A stretch of 63,589 bases of DNA, the filler included, from Octopus bimaculoides (Eukaryota): the NCBI RefSeq assembly GCF_001194135.2. It is 5 parts of 5 records of this genome, joined end to end, with 100 filler letters (N's around TTAATTAATTAA, not from the genome) between each part and the next. Parts side by side here need not be neighbours in the genome. Positions count along the whole stretch, not along the records: positions 62,588 to 63,589 come from NW_026414333.1; 4 more parts are not named here. One strand, written 5' to 3'. A program made the position numbers and the translations under genes. The notes beneath the pieces were generated by a model, which was given only the letters and a program-made list of their open reading frames with translations, made no database searches and was not told the origin of the DNA. Numbering within the stretch: position 1 is the stretch's first letter; every line of letters begins with the position of its first letter. Positions 63,211-63,589 of this stretch are shown piece by piece.

Positions 63211-63589
63211 TGTAGTAGCTGAATAGTCCATTATTGCCCGGCAATATCTACAATAGAATGTCTTATATAAATTTTTGTTTATTCGTTGTCAGACCAAGCC
63301 TTCCATGACAGATAGTATTCTTGGTCAGGACAGATTTGTACAAATTTTCAAAAAAATTCTTCATTGAGGATTTTTTCCTTTTTAAATTACTGTTCGACCG
63401 CTTTACATGATTTTATTCGTTAAAACTTAGCAAAACTTCGGAAGTTCTTACAACTTGGGTCGTCATAAACCTTTGATTTCATTTATTTATTGAAAAATCC
63501 TCCTCATAATGATTTTTCTTTCACTTTGTGAAAATTCCAGCAGAAAATGCCAGCTTCCAAATCTTGTTTTCTGATTAGGTAAAATTGAT

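Noticed and set aside
63240-63589. Unique-looking AT-rich segment possibly from a decayed ORF on the minus strand
   Set aside because: All frames are interrupted and I recognise no motif with confidence.

Overview
AT-rich, repeat-dense eukaryotic draft-assembly sequence, very probably octopod (Octopus-like) judging from the tRNA-derived SINE families and the (TA)n/(CA)n/(GA)n/(GAT)n microsatellite load. This is inferred from recognition, not from a search. Four 100-bp spacers (44 N + TTAATTAATTAA + 44 N) split the window into five joined scaffolds. The only convincing host coding sequence lies in the first scaffold (1-28311): exons of a tandemly duplicated type-I membrane immunoglobulin-superfamily (IgSF) receptor. 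An upstream copy contributes Ig3, a 5'-truncated Ig2, a second Ig3, a stalk, a transmembrane (TM) exon and probable cytoplasmic exons. A downstream copy contributes Ig1 and Ig2 and is then cut by a gap and a scaffold join. Differences between the paralogous Ig exons are clustered, and in Ig2 almost all are non-synonymous. The second notable signal is a set of Penelope-type minimal (type I, palindromic stem III) hammerhead ribozyme motifs in several sequence-unrelated repeats. Three are essentially complete (1240-1326, 34767-34830, 59256-59323), one is cut by an inversion and one family is degenerate. The rest is SINEs, decayed RTE LINEs, a decayed Tc1/mariner transposase, fold-back elements and simple repeats. 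Most long entries in the ORF track are artefacts of N gaps or microsatellites.
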